Part shown: positions 51,065 to 63,644 of the stretch, piece after piece
Layout of the letters: every line of letters begins with the position of its first letter
How positions within the stretch are numbered: position 1 is the stretch's first letter
NCBI GenBank assembly: GCA_051362555.1
Contig: CM120640.1
Coordinates: 2,046,001 to 2,110,000, forward strand
DNA from: Lingula anatina
Lineage: Eukaryota; Animalia; Brachiopoda
DNA length: 64,000 nucleotides
Direction: 5' to 3'
Made by a program: the position numbers and the translations under genes
Notes under the pieces: generated by a model
What the model was told of the DNA's origin: nothing
Seen by the model: only the letters and a program-made list of their open reading frames with translations
Database searches by the model: none

Positions 51065-54000
51065 TCAGTCTGGGAGTGTAATTACAGGCCTTGGCAAGAC
51101 ATCCTCATTGGATTTGTAGAAATCTAAAACTTCTTCATCTGCGACACTGTTGTCGTCCTTTGGATACTGCAAAAAAGAATAACATCATAAGTATTTTGAC
51201 TAGACAGTCTTGCATTGCGAATCTCTAAAACCGATTGCCTTTGACATTGAAGAAGTATTCTTCAATGTCAAATGACATTGGAATCAAAACGGTAAACAAA
51301 TAAGCTTACGGTAACCGCAATACTGAAGAAGCCATATATATAATAGTATATTTTTAATTTTTGCGTACACGTGTTTAGCGGTTATACGAATCTGCGTCTG
51401 GTCTCTTCAAGGCTTCTTAACTTGACATTCAAGGGAAAAGCAATGTCACAACATCACGCGAGTTGAAAATACTCAACATGTGTTCTGCGTGGTACAGTTA
51501 CAAAACCAAACATAACAACTAGGAATTTCTTAACTGTTCAAGGTCGGTGACTATTTTGAAAATAAATAGAGTAAACATCTACGTTTTATTTACCTCGATC
51601 AGAACACAGCTGAAGTCGCCTTGTCGAGCACTTCTTCCCGCGGCGACATCATTGTCGTTGACGGGTTCACCATCACCCAGAAGATTGGCTAGTTTTGATG
51701 ATGCATCCACCTGTAAAAACATCCAAAAATGTGCACGATGAGTAAATAATGTTCCCAATAACAATTTCTCCTTATAGAGGTCACAAATATATCAATATAT
51801 TAATACAGTGGTATAGTTACAAACACCTCGGATTGGCGTATGGGATTAGGGGAGTTTTCATCCGAAGAAAAATACTTTATCCTATAGCAATCTTAATTAG
51901 AAATTTGTACCGTGATTTTCGTGATAAATAATATATCTAGTCATTTTCGCGTGTTCTAAGCGCCCTTGCCACAGAGACAATGACGCGCATGGCCCACACA
52001 ATGCGTGGGAATCACAAACTCTTCCAACAAAACGATAACATGCCTAAACATCCTAAATTATTCATAGCGGAAATTCTATTTACAGACGATGATGATGTGA
52101 AAATTATAATATCAAAACAGAGTAAAAAATAACATCTGGTAAATTTATAGTTATTTTACGGGCCATCCACTGTAAAATTGCTGCGTATCATAATTATTTA
52201 ATATAATATGCCTTATAACCTTCGCCGTCTTTATATATAACTTGCTTATTGCATAACGCCATATATAACACCGAGGCGTTGACCATACGTTGACCTTAGC
52301 TACCTAGTACCACGCTGATTGATCCAGCCAGACGCAGCCGATCTGTACCGACAAGACACGGGGTCACGGTATGAGAGATTAAGCGCGAGGCAGTTAACAC
52401 CTGTCTCAGTGGGAACGTGCTATTAAGCTATTCAATTAAGTGAGATGCCATAAACCACGCACATGCAGCTTTGTTTGGGTATTTTCTATTGTTACGATAG
52501 GGGTCTCCCAGGTGATCAGAAGTTTCGAGGCGCGTGCCCCTATTTGTCTTTCGTCTTTGTTTACAGATTTGCATTCAGCTGTCACGCGCACCTCCTTCCT
52601 CGTAAATGTCCGCTTGATCTATGATCGTTTGTTCTTTTGACGGACCACCTCGCCAGCCATGTGGGAGACATTTACGATACAAACAATAGAACCCCTATCA
52701 AATTATCTTGCAGTAATTCTACCAGATGTTACCTTTTATCTCTATAAGCCTATACACCAGCGTTGGCCCCCTGATAGAGCCTTCAGAACTGAGTCTATCT
52801 AAGGAATCTCACATCCCCGCTTATCTCGTATCTAACATTATCTCTTATAATGTTATGCAAAGAATGCGTTAAACGACCACGCATCTGCCTAAATCACGAA
52901 GAAACAATCGCTAACAAGCGCGTGTTAATGCTCACCTTAATCACTCTGATGTCATTCTCCCAACAAAACGCCTCCAACAACGTGAAATGAATACGCAAAG
53001 CCACGTCTTGAAAATTGTCGTCTGCTAGCACGCATAGCATCACTTCATCGGGGTTCCTAAAAAAGAATAAACAACGTTTAATTGACAATATTTACTGCAT
53101 ATAACAGTACAGGCGGGTGGGTGGCATCTTGTTTGTTACCAGCTCAATGTCACGACTAACGTGCCTACCAAGGTCAGAGTGCTGCGTTTTAGCTAAGCGA
53201 TTAACAAAAAATAAAGTTACTTCCTTCTCGGTAAACGTGGGCACTTACGCTCTTCACACTTTGCACACATCACGCAGCGGTGAAATGCCGAATCTCTCCC
53301 TTTCTTGGAACCAATAAAGTTTAATTCTTCTCATTTTAATATCCGCTTCTAAACCAACTCATTAAAAAGAAACGCACGCTAAAACTGCTAATTGGTGCCC
53401 AATACCTTAAACCAAAATAGGGATCTACTGAATTTCGATGGATAATCTGTTGATAAAAGGTATTGTCTAATTATATATAAAAAAACACTCACTTCTCCAG
53501 CATGCTGGCTGCATGGTACACACCGCACGTGAGGCGGCCCTGCTCCCAGGCCTCCAGTAAACAGGTCTGAAGAGCTGACCTTATGTCCATTGGCGACATT
53601 GTTCTTCCACTGCAAAATAAAGAAAAAATCGTTCAAGTTTTGTCGCTAGAGTAAATGTAACACAAAGTGAAATTTGCACCTTAACAACAATTTCAAAATG
53701 TTCTATAACATAAAATCGGCCAGTTTATAATGTTGAGGGTTGAAACCTACCAAACCTTTAAAACAAAAGCTTTGTCAGTAAATATCCAACATATACCTTT
53801 CTTTTGTTCTTTCGTGTTGTACTGCATTATTATTAACAAGTTCTTGTGATGGTTCTCTTCCATATGTGTCCAGATAACCCATAACAGCAAAATAAAATAG
53901 TGTGCACTCCCCCTATGCACTCGTTCTGTTCTGACTGCTTTGTTGGCCAACGCAGTAGTAAACGAGTTCACCTCTTTGTAAGACACCAAAGTTCACTTCA

Positions 54001-55153
54001 ATCAATTCACGAGGTGCACCTAGTGCGCATGTCCAAACTATCTACCCCGTGACCCCGACATGAACCCGTGATGTTGCTTTGTCTTATATGTAGTACGTAT
54101 GCCACTGATACATCTAATCCGAGTTAATGCCTCATTATAAGAAAACTGCATGTATTTTTCAATAATTCCTCTCTGTAGTTACTGATAAAAATATAATGCA
54201 TTGGAGCATATTTCAAAACCAAGCATTTCAACTTAAAACACTTTTTTTTTTGGAATGCCACCGAGTCCGAAGGTATTCCTGCACTATGGACCCTGTGACC
54301 AGCAAGTGTTTATGCGTACATTCATCTCAGAATGCAAATCAATCTCTCAAAACCTAGTGACACCACGTGAATCATCACCCCAGTTATCAGCCAAATTCCC
54401 CCCGATGAATAGAAAACTCCAGCGGAAATTTGAACAGTGTGTGTCATTCGGTGATACCTCCCCCCAGGTACGAGTTCGCAGCTTAATCCACACAAAGACT
54501 TTCAGTGTACCACGTACAGCCGCTAGCTGCATTGTGTAGTCCACTGTCAGGTACTACGGACATACTACGAATACCTCCCATACCTCCGCTAGAAAACACC
54601 CACCACAAACTTATTGATCTTTGCAATCTTATATTCAATTATTTGTCGGCGCCTTTGGTTTAGTCATCGTTAAGAAAAGATCAAATATGCAAGCTAACAA
54701 TTTCTGATGTGGGGGTAAAAAGAAGAAAGATTCGCTTTCGTTTGAAGGTAACACGCAAGGGGACTTTGACCCCACTTTTTCATAACAGCTAGTTATACCT
54801 GCATGAGCCACCTGATATTATCATATGACTTGCCTTATCACGCGGTGCAATTCAAAGTAAACTGATAAAATCACCAACAAAATCCTTAAACAACCTCGAC
54901 AAGTCCTTCAATTCTCTCATTATGCACTACTCACACTGTTTTTCCTTTGTAATGTGATATATGGTGGAATTGAAGAAAAAGAAACAATGTTGCAAACCTT
55001 GCATCATGCATATACACAATGGAATGCAACCACGACAGCAATGGATCTGTTGATAAAAACATCGGGACGTAATATTCGTTACAAAAACTTATGAACATGT
55101 TCTTACCTTTTTGAGATTTGTGCAGCTCCCTTGTTAATATTTCCTCGTGTCAT
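51065..55153 (-). CDS. GADD45: GADD45 family protein, copy E (167 aa, 5 exons; most vertebrate-like)
   Basis: Exons 55153-55107, 53609-53493, 53056-52936, 51710-51594, 51166-51065. Protein MTRGNINKGAAQISKSGRTMSPMDIRSALQTCLLEAWEQGRLTCGVYHAASMLEKNPDEVMLCVLADDNFQDVALRIHFTLLEAFCWENDIRVIKVD..GDFSCVLIEYPK..PRPVITLPD*. PolyA signal at 50388-50393. The exon 1 assignment is slightly less certain than the rest. Confidence 0.92.
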
Positions 55154-55264
55154 AATTCTTCCTCTTTCTTATGAAAAACTCGTGGATCTTTCACTCGTGT
55201 TGTTCTCGTGCAACTTCCAACGTGAAACTGACGATTTGGAATGCCTGTGCTGACTAAGCATTTA

Positions 55265-55600
55265 CACGGAAGTCAGGAATGTCCCAGATACTGGGGCGTG
55301 CGCTAATCCTGCGCTCTGATTGGTCAGATTCAACAAAATTACATCGTAAGTATGGCGCGAGCTGTGTCCCTAGATACCGTATTTTTCTGTGTTTTCCCCC
55401 TTCTTATTTAATGCTTAGAAAGTAAAATCATTCTTTTGAGATTCAAGCATTGATACATATAATGCTTGCACCTATAAAACCGATCTAACAGTGACACAAA
55501 CCCGTAATTTTCACGAAATTCAAGTAGTGGGAATCTCCCACTAGGGTTCAAAGGTCAAATGTCATATGTCCGGTTTAACTGGAAGGAAATCCCCCTTCTG
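55265..55600 (-). promoter_or_regulatory. GADD45-E promoter region (ETS, GC box, CCAAT, NF-kB-like sites)
   Basis: CGGAAGT ~55267, GGGGCGTG ~55293, ATTGG ~55319, GGGAATCTCC 55529-55538, GGAAATCCCC 55585-55594. No CACGTG/TATA module. Confidence 0.5.
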
Positions 55601-56809
55601 TGAACAAAATAATGCGTAGAAAACTAGTAAAATCCCCATTTGTCGGGGGGTTTTGGTTATTTGTATGGAAACTTAATATTGTGAAAATGTATTGGGAACT
55701 AATTTTGCGTCCCTTACGCAACAAAAGAAATCGATTACATTTCTGAAGTCATCCTGTTTTTAAGTGCAGGTACTGTATCACCAGTGCATCAATAGTGATA
55801 CTTACTCATTTATGGAATAATTGCATCACAGTCACTTTCCATTGAACTTTGTACATTGACACCGTGCACTCACTTATGACCAATATTGTTCGTTCCTAGT
55901 GCTTTGTACCATAAACAGCTTAAGCAGGGCGTTGACAAACCAAACCCTCACCCCGCCCTTAATTAGGTGCACATCATTGTCAAAAAGAGCAGGGTTGGGA
56001 TCCTGTGATATTGATATATGATATTTTCGGCTATTGTGGGGCCTTGGCATTTATATGACAGGAAAAACGAAAGTGCTTACTTCAATCTAGTCATATATGA
56101 GGGACAGCAATCTAGGCCTACCAGTGTAACCAGCCTGGTCGCTGGACAGGACAGGAGACCCCCCCCCCCCCATAATCAGTACCCTCCGCCAGGGCCATAT
56201 AGTGATTTTTTTCACTAGATATTCACAGATATGTCTCTGGCTTCTTAATGACACAATTCTCTACCGTCCAACGAGAAATTTGGTACGGAATTTATGTCAT
56301 CACAAAGTTGGCCACTAGTATACATGTACAGTGAACGGTCGGTAAACCTAAAGACCAGTATGATATCTCCTTCCTCATTTTAAAGCAATAATAAAACACC
56401 GACTTTGTATTTTTTGCATTACAATATTTATGACATTCGCCTAGCGACGACAATGCCACAGCAAAGCAAGCTTTCCACAGACAGGCATATTCTCCATGAC
56501 AACTGGGTAAATGACACCTAGGTGGTGACATTAAGAGAGTGACTGGCGTCCCCCCTGCTGGCAACGTGTCAATCAGGGACATCAGATGGATTGATATGTC
56601 AGGTGTTAGGTATATCGCGTCATGGCCGCCTGGATGTCCAGGGCTCAGATAAGAACAAGGAAAAATGTCGGTCTTCTTCGCAGATAAATCGCAATGATTG
56701 GATAATAAGCTGAAAAAAATCAAATAACTTTATTGTCTCTGTTGTCGTGCGTAGGTATGATATTTCAATTGCCATGGACGGCCCTTAATCTTTGAGAGGG
56801 ATTGATTAG

Positions 56810-56813
<4 letters not shown>

Positions 56814-56886
<73 letters not shown>
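56814..56886. repeat. (GT)n(GA)n microsatellite
   Basis: Directly visible. Confidence 0.9.
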
Positions 56887-56890
<4 letters not shown>

Positions 56891-57619
56891 TTTTTACTCG
56901 ACAGAACGATAACAATAAATGGGTTCTTTCTCTGTTAGATATTTGTTGAATATGAAATTACCAGTTAATGCCTTAATTGACCGGCTAGTTTCTACTGAGA
57001 TATACCTTTAGTTTTTTTTATAATTTGTTGTTCAGCAGACATTTCCGGTTGATATTTAATCAAATACTTGGGATTTCAGCTCTCACGATATTGAGGGGGA
57101 ATCGCTTCCTTTACAATACGCATTGTCTACATGCACGTCATGTAGCTATAGAAATCCTCGCTAATGCATGCTAGCTGCATGACTGCACGAACAGTTGATG
57201 TTATAGTTGTTTAAGATAAAACATGTCGACCAAATTACCCTTTTTACGTCAATGTGTGATTTCATTTTTCGGCATTGATATCAATGAAGATATGTGGGCT
57301 TTCTGATTTACGTAAATCCACCCTCATCTCCTGCCACTGACTTCAGCCGGCAGACGACATCAGCTACAGGTAATTGCTTACAGATAACACCTCACTGACT
57401 GACTGAACTAATAGACAGCATAGAACGTGTGGCGGCTATTACTTTCATGATGATTAAATAAAACAATCTGTCACGAATAATATTTTATATCTTTTTCAAA
57501 TTAAACCTAACTAGGCCAATATTTCACTATCTGACTTCTTGACACACTTTAATGAAGTGCAAAAACAATCGGCCATATACTTTTTAAAAATAAATTCTTA
57601 ACGATCAACGTTTTTTTAA

Positions 57620-57848
57620 GGGTGCTTTCCCAGAGATTTAGATCGATCTAAAGATTAAGTTTTACATCGACCTAACTCCCTGGGGATTCACGCTAAATTG
57701 CAGTCAGCCGAGCGGGCACCATAGTTAATTACCCCCTTACAGCTTTTAGTAGGCGGGACAGACGCTTTAAAAGCCGGTCAAGCTGACAGTAATCTAGTGA
57801 GACTCCCCACAGGGATAGATCGATCTAAAAATCTATGGAAATGGGGTG
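57620..57848 (-). mobile_element. Harbinger MITE, family 1 copy 3
   Basis: Reverse-complement match to 49030-49255. TAA TSD at 57617-57619 and 57849-57851. Confidence 0.85.
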
Positions 57849-57961
57849 TAAGTCTGTAGATTGGGCCTATATGACCTTAAAGAAAACCTTAAAGCAATTT
57901 CTGGTCGCAGGACGGGGGAGGCGCTGCTGAGTGTCTACAAAAGTACAATAATTATAATTAA

Positions 57962-60900
57962 GAGCGCGTCCATGAGAAAGCCAGACAGATCAGTCAGAAG
58001 GCGGCAAGGTGGGGGTCAGCAGATTTTAATAATTTTTGGTGTGGTAAATCATCAACATAAAAGATATTGTGAGCCACTGGCTTTCTTATTTTGGATCATT
58101 AGTTTTAGAGATATGGGGGCAGATCTTTTATTGGCAATTTTGCCAAAATATAGCATTTTTTAGCTCTTGAAAAGTTATAATTTTAAATATTCTTTTAAAA
58201 AATCATGTACATCATAAGGATTTATTTAGGTAAGCCACATGATAGGTTAAGGAAAGATCTTTAATACCCAGTACAGATTTTTTGAAAAGGCACTGTCATG
58301 ACCACACAAGGTTGATTCTAATAAGGCATGTTTTCCGTATGCTTGACCCCCTCCCCTTCTTTAAATGCACACAACTTCTTTTTTGCAGGTTGTATCCATA
58401 TAATTTTGGTATGTGCTGATAGAAAAGGGTTGAAAAATAAATTTTGTAAAATAAAATCTGTGTTAAACCTTGTAAAATAAGAACTATAACAATTTTAAAA
58501 AGGGCCTAAAAACGAATATTTTTATACTACTTAAATGCTAAACTGTTTCTTCAACTAAATTAATAAGTCAAAACCATGTATAGGTTTGTGAAAAGCCCTT
58601 AAAATAATTATGTTTGCCCTGCAGACGACCTTATGAAGCGAAAATACATTTTTTTAAATTTGTTTATGTTGTAGAAACTAAATGTAAAATAACGATGCTA
58701 ACTCTGTGACCTATTTTCAACATAGCGGGTACTAGGATTATCACCGGAGCAACTGTGGAGCAAAGCACATCGTCTTCACAGTGTTAAAACATAATACTTT
58801 ATTAAATTTATGAAGAACATGCACTAGAGATGCTTAGATACATCTCAGAAGGATTGGTGTGCTCCAGAATATAACAAGAAATGACCATAGCAGCTAGTCG
58901 TCCTTAGAATGTGCATTTTTGGTTGAACCACTTCAGGCTGTTGTCAGGCTTGGGTTCCTCAATATATCCATCTCATCGATTTACCTCTGGATGTTTGTTG
59001 TAAGGTAAGTGATCAGTGATGGCATACATATACTAGAATCAGATACACTAAAAACTCAAACCAGTTTAAATAATAAGTTTGAATATTATTCAGTAATATA
59101 AAGAATATAAGCAAATTTAAAAGACATACTGGTATATTTCAATTCACAGAGTTTTACTTGATTTCTGTTTCATGGTAAACATGTATGCTGAAAAGAATTA
59201 ACTGTGTAGCTAACTTATGAAGTATATTTTTGCATTAAATTCTAGGGCTTTGTTACATGTGTTATCATAAGACAAACAGTTAAAGACTATACTGAGCTTG
59301 AAGACAGCTTCATAAGAAATTTCTTACCCAGAATCAAAGGTATGTAACACACATTCAGTTTCAAGTTTTTGCATTTTAGGGGATGTTACTTGTGCCAGTT
59401 TTTTATATTTTAGTTTTGTATTCACTATGCAGATTTATGTGTGTTTACAATGAAGTTGAAGTTAACTGCCTGTGCTTCAATTTTCAAGACTTACATATTA
59501 CACAGGGCACTTGTAACTAAAGGTACTTTAGTAAAATCAGGAAAACTTTGCAGTCCATTATGTTGTTCATGTTGCTTTGCAAGGGGGCGTGCCAGACAAT
59601 TAAGCTGATTACAACGACTGAGCCCGAGTGTGATACTCCGCTGAGTTAGATTGATCCTGCTCGATAGTTTCTATTCTGAACACAGTAAGCCTCTGTTGTT
59701 GTAAAGCATTTATTGATGTTATGTTTATTTTTCAGATTTTACATCCTAGGCCTGTATGTGAACCTTGACCTGGACAATCTTACAGACAATAATAGAAAAG
59801 TCACCTGAAATTGCACAGGCAAATTCATCAGATTCAGATGTGACCACCAACTTTGTAATGCCTGGAACACTTCCACGGAGAAGAAAAAAGGTTTACCTTT
59901 TTTTCATTTGTTTCTTTTTCTATTTTGAAATTCTGGTAGCTACAATCATGCATATTTGATTTCCTTTTTTACACTTATGCAATATGTTTGATCAGAATAT
60001 TATTTAGTAATTGTTCTTATACAGCAATTAACATGAGTTTAAAATATGTTAAATACATTTTCTTTTGACAGCCTGTCCTGCCATCTTCAGGTAGACGCAG
60101 TAGTGGATATCCTGGCAAACCTCTATTGGACTCAGAGCCACCTTGGGTCAATCCCCCATAACAAATGTGCATCTTAGGCTTGGTAATCTCAATCAGTTTT
60201 GTAGGAAAGGAGGATAATTGGCGCCATTGAATTGACAAATATTGACAATTGACAGTTCAGTCACACTAAACTATAGTGGCATGTTGCTTCAAGTTACCAC
60301 ACTTATTCTAAGATTGCTGAATTATCATTACTGTAGGAGACCCTGGATCTCTCAACCAGAAGAAGAAACTTGGGGACCAATCAGTTATAAGATTAAAATC
60401 TGTGGAACACTACCCATCACTGTTGTGTTCAGTATATGGAAAAGATGACCGTGATATTGGAACCTTGGAGATTCATAACTTGATTTCACTCCTGTAAAAA
60501 GTAACTGCTTTGTTCTTTTACTGTCCAATTGATAATATGAAAATAAAGTACTCCTCCTGTCATTGTATGTTGCTGACTCTGTTTTAATTTTCTTTATAGA
60601 AAAAGAATATAGATATCAAGATATCACATGTATTTACAAAGCCTATGAATCATTTGAAAGGAAAAAATTGGTTGAAAAATGCAATATAAATCATTTCAAG
60701 TGGATTAATTAGTGTTGCACTTGAGAAAACTGATAAAATGAGAAAGTCATTCCCTTTTACCTTTAGAAAAATCATTTGCAATTTTTTTTCTCTATTGCTC
60801 CCTGAAAATAAGGTATATACACAATGCTGATGATACTGGATATGCACAGTAATAACTTATTAAATGGGGGGGGGGGGGGGGTGAATAACTTGTCACTAGT

Positions 60901-61744
60901 AATTTAAATTTATTCAGAAGTTGTATGGCTCTGTTTGAAAAGAATATTATTTGAGCAATCCTGTATTACAGATCTCAAAATAAAAAACCTGCAAAAATGG
61001 GCCTCTTGATTATTTTGAGGAATTAGGGTAACTGTATTTTGGGGCAGATTTGATGGCAGCCATTTTGTATTTATAAAAATTGGATAGATTTGCCCTTATC
61101 AAAGCATAGTTTGAATTCCTGGCTGTGAGTCTTTGATTAAATTTGATTATTGGAAGGTATTATCTCAAAATGTACTGATATCTTGATTTCGGCCGTTTGG
61201 TTTTCTGCTAAAATTGCTAAAGTTTGAGGCACTTTTTCAATATCTTCTGTTGTGTTTAACACACTTTTTGAATTTTGTATGATTAGACCAATATATGCTT
61301 AGGATCCCTATAAAATTTTATGGCTGTCAAGCCTGCAAAAAGAGAGATATGAATGCTTGAACATTGCTTGGTAGAAAAGTGAGTTTGGGGGGTGGGGTCA
61401 TAAAAATGGGCATGGCTCGTTAGTTTGTGGGTTAAACTGAAATTTAGTAACATATTCTCAATGGCAAATGGCTGGTTTAAATAGGTAAATTTTCAATTAA
61501 TTTTAAAAAGTCATCAGTTTTGACATATTTGCTTATGAAGTGGCTTTATTGACCGAAGCTGAAAATCAAGCCAAAAATGGCCAAAACATAAAATATCATA
61601 TTATAATTATATCCAATGATTTCTTTTGGGATTGTTGCCTTCAATCTTAATATCTCCTATATATGCAACAATATTATGAATTTGGTTGAAATCTGTTGAC
61701 CCCCACCTTGCCACCCTCTGACTGGTCCTATCATGGACACACAC
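57962..61744. mobile_element. 3.8-kb TTAA-flanked TIR element (Kolobok-like), decayed
   Basis: TTAA at 57958-57961 and 61745-61748. ~60-bp imperfect TIR GWGYGYGTCCATGA..CAGTCAGARGGYGGCAAGGTGGGGGTCARCAGATTTYAA. The G-starting termini fit Kolobok better than piggyBac (CCY..RGG). Confidence 0.7.
58730..60547 (+). pseudogene. Decayed intron-containing reading frame inside the TTAA element
   Basis: Exon-like blocks with good splice sites: one ending 59004|GTAAGT, 59246-59339, 59736-59890, and one from 60072; AATAAA at 60542. The spliced frame I traced has several stops and no recognisable domain. Confidence 0.35.
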
Positions 61745-62571
61745 TTAAGTGATGCGTGGGCCTACATCCTATTGCACTCCTCTAGACGCTGACTGATAGA
61801 AAAGTCAATCTTCTGAGGGAATTAGAAAGTGAAAAGGGTGAACATTTTATTGAGATCTCAAAGAAGTGACTGGTTAAAATGTCAATCGGTCGTTCTTTCG
61901 ATTGCTGTAGTGGAGATTGACAAACTCTAGCGCACAATTTGTGAACTTTTACTGTTTACAATCCACGTATCGTGTAGGAAACTTTTGATTTTAGATTGGG
62001 AACTAAGGTACGCAACTTGCGATAACACATATTTGCCGTACAAATAAGTTGAGATAACATTGTTCTGCAAAGTTTACTTCCGTATGAGAACATCTAATGA
62101 TCAATGATCTCCTTTAGCGTTGCCCTGGTAGAGGGTTTTCAGGGGGTCAGTGCGTATTTTTTTTCTTGGTTATAACAAAAATTCCAGCTTTTACGCTACT
62201 AGATTTGATTAAAAGTGGTGTGATTCAGCCTTTTCTTTCTCTTCTTTTATTTCAATTATTTTATTTTTGTCCTATTTATTTATTCATTAACTTATTTTGA
62301 AATTATAATATATTTATTTATTTATTTATTTATAACCTTGTAACGATATTTGTTTATATTTTTATGATAATATTATCGTTGTAAAAATGTATCATGTCTT
62401 ATCGTGGGGGGGGGGGGCGAAAGTCAGTAAACTATTTTTTGCATTCAATGTGTATTTTCTGTACTTGTTGTATACTAGTAACATGTACACTGCAGAAGTA
62501 CGATGGAGCATGGAAGGTTATGGATCAGCAGGCGGCTCATCTTGGGTCAGTAACGCCATCTTTAAACCAAA

Positions 62572-63644
62572 ATGGGTAGTGCATGGGCGAAGACTGTGCC
62601 TTCTTCCACAGATTTTTATGAGCTTTATCAGGCACTTATACAGGTAAAAAACATGTGTTGACCGTCTTAGCTGAAATAGATGAAGGGGAAACTATATGGA
62701 AATTATTGAAAGCAATGGCTTTTTGGGATATTCTGTAGTAGTCAAAGTAGCCGGTGTTTTCTTGGTTGTCAAACGCGAGTTATGCAAAACTATAAATATA
62801 CTACAAAGTCGTACGATGCCGGATGAGTCACCTTGGCAATATAGAACATTTGATACCTTTCTGCTAGATGTGGTTAGTTCACTAGTTATATGGCCTTATA
62901 TGCTAACATTTGTTACGAATAATTACCCTCCCAAAGAATGCACATGCTTGGTGATAATCTTTCTCTCAACAAATTATTCAAGTTCCTGTAGCACACGTAC
63001 TGGGGTAGCGCTGGCAATTTATTTCTCTTTATTTATTTCTACCTCAGCATGTACAGCTATAGACAAATAATTGAAAATATGAATGTTATGTCAGGTTAAC
63101 TGCAAAGGCAGCAGGACAAATAATCAGAGGCAAGATTTTATAGTATGTCTTTGTTTGATTTGTTTTGTGCTCTGCAGGCTCCAGTTTATCATCTGGTGGT
63201 AGAAGCTTTGCTCATCATCTGGATAATCAAGTTAATTTTTACCAAGAAAACTCCACCAAAACAAACAGCAAGCGAACTTACAGAAAAGGTATCTGAAAAT
63301 TTGCTTAATGGGTTCAATGTCAAGTTCATATATGTTTGTTTTTATTCTTATTTTCACTGATTCCAAGTAAAATAGTAAGAAGTGTTAGCATTGATTTAAT
63401 TTTTTTTAATTGGTATGAACTGCAACAGAATGGTATAAGTTTTATGGTAAATGAAATGAAGTACAGAGGGAAACTATAAATAATATGGAATTGCTCTGTA
63501 AAACATCTCCTATATGCTGCCCTTTGGTCTATTTTTCTAGGAGAAGGAAGAGTTGGTTGTGGAATGGATACCAGAGCCCCTTGTACCTGAGGTTGACCCA
63601 GACCACCCCGCCCTCCGCGCATTCCAGGACAACACAGTGGAAGG
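62572..63644 (+). CDS. SPTLC1: Serine palmitoyltransferase long chain base subunit 1, 5' part (exons 1-3; continues beyond window)
   Basis: Exons 62572-62643, 63178-63288, 63541-63644 give MGSAWAKTVPSSTDFYELYQALIQ|APVYHLVVEALLIIWIIKLIFTKKTPPKQTASELTEK|EKEELVVEWIPEPLVPEVDPDHPALRAFQDNTVEG. This matches the human SPTLC1 N-terminus as recalled ([42 protein letters not shown]..DHPAL). Confidence 0.92.

Noticed and set aside
51240-51272. 15-bp perfect inverted repeat in intron 4 of copy E as a heat-shock element
   Set aside because: GAA-TTC spacing is 3 nt rather than 2. It is a short AT-rich hairpin with no further support.
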